Shown here one piece after another: positions 24,334 to 28,044 of a DNA stretch of 28,044 bases. The notes below the pieces were generated by a model, which saw only the letters and a program-made list of their open reading frames with translations, did not search any database and had not been told where the DNA came from. Each line of letters begins with the position of its first letter. The first letter of the stretch is position 1. The translations under genes and the position numbers were made by a program. This stretch comes from a virus (Duplodnaviria; Caudoviricetes): IMG/VR virus record IMGVR_UViG_3300031953_000085, positions 1 through 28,044 of that record; one strand, given 5' to 3'.

Positions 24334-24642
24334 TCAGGCTCCCTTCTTGCCACGGGCGCGGCGGGCCGGGGCGACCTTCTCGCCATCGCCCTCGACGGCG
24401 TCCGGGAGCTCGTCACCGGTGCCGTCGAGGCCAGCGCCGAGTGTCCCCGGGAAGTCGGCTTCGAGGCCGGTGAAGCGCCCCAATGCCAGCTTCTCCGTGA
24501 TGCTGTACCCGTGCTGGATGAGGGCGCCGCGCAGGTTCGGTGCATCCGTGAGATCGACCTCGGCCACACCGTCGATGAAGACGATGCCGAGCGGGTCGTG
24601 GTGCTTGCCAGCGGGGCGAGTCGGGTGAAAGACGTGAGCGAT
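24334..24642 (-). CDS. small virion-associated hypothetical protein with an apparent ATC start
   Basis: GGAGG, 6 nt, then ATC GCT CAC GTC, in frame with ORF 24334..24567; adds AHVFHPTRPAGKHHDPLGIVFIDGVAEVD. Confidence 0.6.
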   Translation of the reverse strand: MAHVFHPTRPAGKHHDPLGIVFIDGVAEVDLTDAPNLRGALIQHGYSITEKLALGRFTGLEADFPGTLGAGLDGTGDELPDAVEGDGEKVAPARRARGKKGA

Positions 24643-24663
24643 GGTGTGCCTCCGTGAAGTTGG

Positions 24664-24695
24664 CCACCCTGCCCTGTACAGGCAGAGCAGGGTGG
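24664..24695. terminator. hairpin after the minor capsid gene
   Basis: CCACCCTGCCCTGT / GCAGAGCAGGGTGG. Confidence 0.55.
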
Positions 24696-24706
24696 GGAAT
24701 ATGGGG

Positions 24707-25924
24707 TTAGGGCTTGCCGTCGGCGAAGCTCAATTGCTCGCGTGCACCGGCACGTTTACGGCCGGTGAGGTCGACGTGCTCGCGCATCTGCGCCTGCTTG
24801 GCGCGGACCTTCATCGCGGCACGCTTCTCATCCGCCGGAGTCCCCGCGACAGCCTCGCGTCGCTTGTACTTGCGAATGTCACGCTCGATGGACCGTTGCT
24901 TCTCCCGGTCAGCTTCCGCCTGCGGGTCGTACTCTTGCCCCTCCTGGGGAATCGTGAGGCCCGGCAGATACGCGACGTCTTTGTGGCGGCAGTTGGGGTG
25001 ATGCAATCCAGCGGTGCGAGCAGCGTCGAGCGTCGCGTGGATCACCACGGTGACTATCTCGTCGCTCGTCGCATGCTGCAGCTGCACCGTCCCCGTCGTC
25101 CCATCCGTAGAGAGGATCTTGCCGACCCACGGCGCACACAGCGAGCACGAGTCGCCGGCACCGACCGGGGTGACGAGGTGGATGCCGACCTGCTGCATCC
25201 GCCACACGCCCGCGTCGTTGAACGCCCGGTTCACTGCGGTTCGCCCGGCCATTTCGGCGTACGAGCCGATGCGCCAGTTCCGGTCAGCTTTATCCACGAA
25301 CCCGGTGATGCCCTGCCCGAGGAACCGTTGAACAGCCAACTGCTGCGAGGCGAGGTTCGTGGACGCGCCGAGCAGCGTGTTCGACGCGGTAAAGCTGATG
25401 ATGCGCTGGTATGCGTCCTGCGGATAGCGGGCGATGCGCAGCGCGAGCTTCTCCAGCTTCGACGTGAGGTCGAGGGTCAGCATCGTCGCGGCCTGCGACG
25501 AGGTGCCCGTCAACGTTGTCGTCTGGGGGAGCCTCGCGGCCATGCCAAGCCGATCAGCGGCCGCAGCCTCGCCATGCTTCCACGCCGTCGTGATGACCTC
25601 GAGGGCTGCCTCACGGCCGCCGAGCTTCCCCGACATCTCCGTGGCCAGGTACTGCAGCTCCCGCAACGACTGTGCGCGGGTGGCTTGCAGCTCAGCGAGT
25701 GCACGGTTCCGGGCGATGGCACGGTCGAAGAGGTCTTCCATGTGCGGGGTCATCGTCGACTGTCGGACGATCTCCTGCAGTTCGAGGTCGCGGTACGCGC
25801 GCACGGCAACAGCGCGGATGAGAGCGTCCTCAGCGTCTGCGTACCGGGCCGCGAGGTCCACCCCGAGTTCTTCGATGAGGTCCCACGCGGGAAGGCCGGC
25901 CGGATCTGGGATGTACTGAGCCAC
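24707..25924 (-). CDS. phage minor capsid protein (MuF/min_cap2-like)
   Basis: GITGFVDKADRNWRIGSYAEMAGRT, CSLCAPWVGK, GLHHPNCRH and QRSIERDIRKYKR motifs. Confidence 0.88.
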   Translation of the reverse strand: MAQYIPDPAGLPAWDLIEELGVDLAARYADAEDALIRAVAVRAYRDLELQEIVRQSTMTPHMEDLFDRAIARNRALAELQATRAQSLRELQYLATEMSGKLGGREAALEVITTAWKHGEAAAADRLGMAARLPQTTTLTGTSSQAATMLTLDLTSKLEKLALRIARYPQDAYQRIISFTASNTLLGASTNLASQQLAVQRFLGQGITGFVDKADRNWRIGSYAEMAGRTAVNRAFNDAGVWRMQQVGIHLVTPVGAGDSCSLCAPWVGKILSTDGTTGTVQLQHATSDEIVTVVIHATLDAARTAGLHHPNCRHKDVAYLPGLTIPQEGQEYDPQAEADREKQRSIERDIRKYKRREAVAGTPADEKRAAMKVRAKQAQMREHVDLTGRKRAGAREQLSFADGKP

Positions 25925-25955
25925 CGGCTGGCCTCCCTGCTACTCGATCAGGCTG

Positions 25956-26216
25956 CTACTTGCCGCGGCTCTTCGTGGTCTTCGCCGGGGCCGCGTCGAT
26001 GTCGAGGGCGTCGTCAGCGGCGCCCTGCTCGTCATCGGTGGGGACATCCGGCGCGGCGACCTTGATGCCGAGGCCCTTCTCGGTTTTCGCGATGAGCGTC
26101 TTCGCTTCGGCCGGGTCGATGGTCTCCCATCGCGCCATCGCTTCGAGGTCTTCGCGGGGCTCGTCGGTGATGACGATCTGAGCGCCCGGTTCGAGTGAGC
26201 GGTATGCGTGAGCCAT
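25956..26216 (-). CDS. hypothetical virion protein
   Basis: RBS AGGAG; directly after the capsid gene; Lys-rich tail. Confidence 0.7.
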   Translation of the reverse strand: MAHAYRSLEPGAQIVITDEPREDLEAMARWETIDPAEAKTLIAKTEKGLGIKVAAPDVPTDDEQGAADDALDIDAAPAKTTKSRGK

Positions 26217-26254
26217 GAGTCTGTTCTCCTATGCGAGAGGGAAAGTGAAGGGGG

Positions 26255-26284
26255 TGCGGGCGGCCGCGTGAACGACCGCCCGCA
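26255..26284 (-). terminator. terminator after the major capsid gene
   Basis: TGCGGGCGGCCG-cgtgaa-CGACCGCCCGCA, followed by a pyrimidine tract on the minus strand. Confidence 0.65.
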
Positions 26285-26290
26285 AGGGTG

Positions 26291-27229
26291 CTACACGGTA
26301 GCGTTGGCGCCCTTGAGCAGCACAGCGCGGTTCGCGTCGAGCAGCTTCGTGCCGAACAGCATGTCGGCCGAGAGGACCGTCTGCTTCTTGTTGATGTCCC
26401 AGCCGTACGAGATCCGGATGGACAGGCCCTTGTAGCTGACCACGGCGACCTGGCCGACGTTGGCGCCGGCGGGCATCTGCAGCGGGGCAGAGCCGAAGGC
26501 GAACGCGGTCTTGTGGAACGCGAGGCCGACCTCGGTTGTGGGCTCGCCCACTGCCGGGGAGCCAGCAGGCTGGCCGACGTTGCCGGTCTGGAAGGCGTCG
26601 AACCCGAAGAGATTCTTACCGATCGAGCCTTCGCGCAGAGCCGCGGTCGAGCCGGACTTCTCCGCGTGCTTGATGATCTCGCTGTTCAACCAGCGCGCCT
26701 TCGTGGTCGGGCCGACGACGGCGAACCGGTCCTGCAGCGGCACAGCACTGAGGTCGAGCTGACGCCCGGCCTCGATGAGCACCTCGGGCTTGTCCCACGT
26801 CTGCAGGTTCGCGTCCGCAGCAGTGCCGAACCCGGCGACCTGCGTCACGTTGTCGCGCAGGCTGAGCAGCGACTGGTCGATGTCCTGAGCGATGGCCTCC
26901 ATCATCGGAGTCAGCAGCTGAGCGCTGAAATCCTTGATGCCGAGCGTCATGTCCTCGTCGGTGACGGCCACGGAAACATCCGCGATGTCGTTGACGACGA
27001 CGGGGATGCTGGTCTCCGTCGCGTTCTGCAGCACGACGCCGGTCGCACGGTTGAAGCGATTGGACTGGAAGACAGCCGGCACGCGGATGTCGATCGTGTT
27101 GCCCTTGGCCTTCGTCGCGAACTCGGTGGTGAGGTCGGTGTGCACGAGGCCGTGCATGGGGGTTGCTTCGTACAGGGTGGCGAGCGCCTCTTCGGCGATC
27201 TCCTGAATGGTGAGGAAAGTGTTAGCCAT
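26291..27229 (-). CDS. major capsid protein (P22 coat-like family)
   Basis: MANTFLT...GNTIDIRVP...LAFHKTAFAF...DMLFGTKLLD; follows the scaffold gene. Confidence 0.9.
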   Translation of the reverse strand: MANTFLTIQEIAEEALATLYEATPMHGLVHTDLTTEFATKAKGNTIDIRVPAVFQSNRFNRATGVVLQNATETSIPVVVNDIADVSVAVTDEDMTLGIKDFSAQLLTPMMEAIAQDIDQSLLSLRDNVTQVAGFGTAADANLQTWDKPEVLIEAGRQLDLSAVPLQDRFAVVGPTTKARWLNSEIIKHAEKSGSTAALREGSIGKNLFGFDAFQTGNVGQPAGSPAVGEPTTEVGLAFHKTAFAFGSAPLQMPAGANVGQVAVVSYKGLSIRISYGWDINKKQTVLSADMLFGTKLLDANRAVLLKGANATV

Positions 27230-27247
27230 GGTGGTGGCCCTTCTGCG

Positions 27248-27976
27248 CTATTTGGAAGCGCGCTGGTCGCGAATCGCCTTGCGGCGGTCGTCGATGGATT
27301 GCGGACCCGGGGTGGGTGTTCCGCTGGGCGGTGCTCCTCCGCTGGACGGGGCCACCTGGACGGCGCGCAGCTTCGGGTTCGATGTGACCGACGTCTTCAC
27401 GAGTTCGTCCACCAGGGAGCGGTACTCGGAATCAGTCGTGTCGATGGCCGCGAGCTTCGCCTGGAAGCTTGCGGAGTCTGTGAGGAGGTCATAGTCAGCG
27501 CCATGGGAGCCGACGACCTTGAGCAGTGCGTTGTCGAGGCGTGCAGCCTTGATGTCCGCGGCCTGCGTCGTGATGGTGGTGTCGCGCGTCTGGATCTCAG
27601 CGGACAGGCTCTCGACGGTGGTCTCGGCGTCAGCCTCGACGATGCCGAACTCCTGCCCGATCTTCTTGTACGCGGCGGCCGTAGCTGCTTTCGCTGCGGC
27701 CTCCGAGTCCGTCCTGCCACTCACCCGGGCAGCGGCAGCCTCGTCGCGGAGCTTCTTCACGTACGCGGCATCGAAGGTCTCGACGGGCGGCGTGACGGGC
27801 TCAGCGGGCGGCGCCGGCTTCGGCGGGGTGACGGAATCGGTCGGTTCGACGGGAGCCACCGGGGGAGTGACGGGCTCGCCTGGAGCGCCGCCGTCTTCCC
27901 CCTCGATGAAGCGGATACCCATCAGGGCGAGCTTCGACGGGCGGATCGGGCCGAACGTGTGTGTGCGGATGAACAT
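27248..27976 (-). CDS. capsid scaffolding protein
   Basis: GIRFIEGE, Pro-rich linker, FDAAYVKKLRDEAAAAR; RBS AAGGAG before ATG 27976. Confidence 0.85.
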   Translation of the reverse strand: MFIRTHTFGPIRPSKLALMGIRFIEGEDGGAPGEPVTPPVAPVEPTDSVTPPKPAPPAEPVTPPVETFDAAYVKKLRDEAAAARVSGRTDSEAAAKAATAAAYKKIGQEFGIVEADAETTVESLSAEIQTRDTTITTQAADIKAARLDNALLKVVGSHGADYDLLTDSASFQAKLAAIDTTDSEYRSLVDELVKTSVTSNPKLRAVQVAPSSGGAPPSGTPTPGPQSIDDRRKAIRDQRASK

Positions 27977-28044
27977 GGTGCTCCTTCGCGGCGCCTGGCC
28001 GCATTGGTGAACGCTCACCCCTGCGGTGAACGGTGAAACGTGGG

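Overview
High-GC actinobacterial temperate siphophage DNA (probably Microbacteriaceae-like, by inference) with no host genes in view. Almost all genes are on the minus strand. From right to left: scaffold, major capsid, minor capsid, head-tail genes interrupted by an HNH endonuclease, major tail, a -1 frameshifted tail chaperone, tape measure, minor tail genes, an M23 endolysin with a multi-membrane-protein lysis cassette, an Asp-box beta-propeller protein, and a convergent acyltransferase-3 moron. These are followed by a second XerD-like tyrosine recombinase, a small membrane gene, an intact attP, the integrase, two excisionase-like HTH genes, a divergent repressor/Cro switch, a structured non-coding region containing a tRNA-like cloverleaf, an antirepressor, small early genes and an SMC/Rad50-like ATPase that runs off the left edge. 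The attP consists of the 3' half of tRNA-Thr(CGT) with arm-type repeats on both sides, so the window shows the virion/excised configuration or a tandem-prophage junction. The most striking unexplained pattern is a cis-antisense RNA architecture repeated at five loci: antirepressor, integrase leader, second recombinase, lysis leader and HNH. Each has a plus-strand -10 hexamer inside the first codons, pointing back over the RBS into a GC hairpin. Two loci also have hidden leader peptides. All calls are from reading sequence and motifs by eye; no searches were run.
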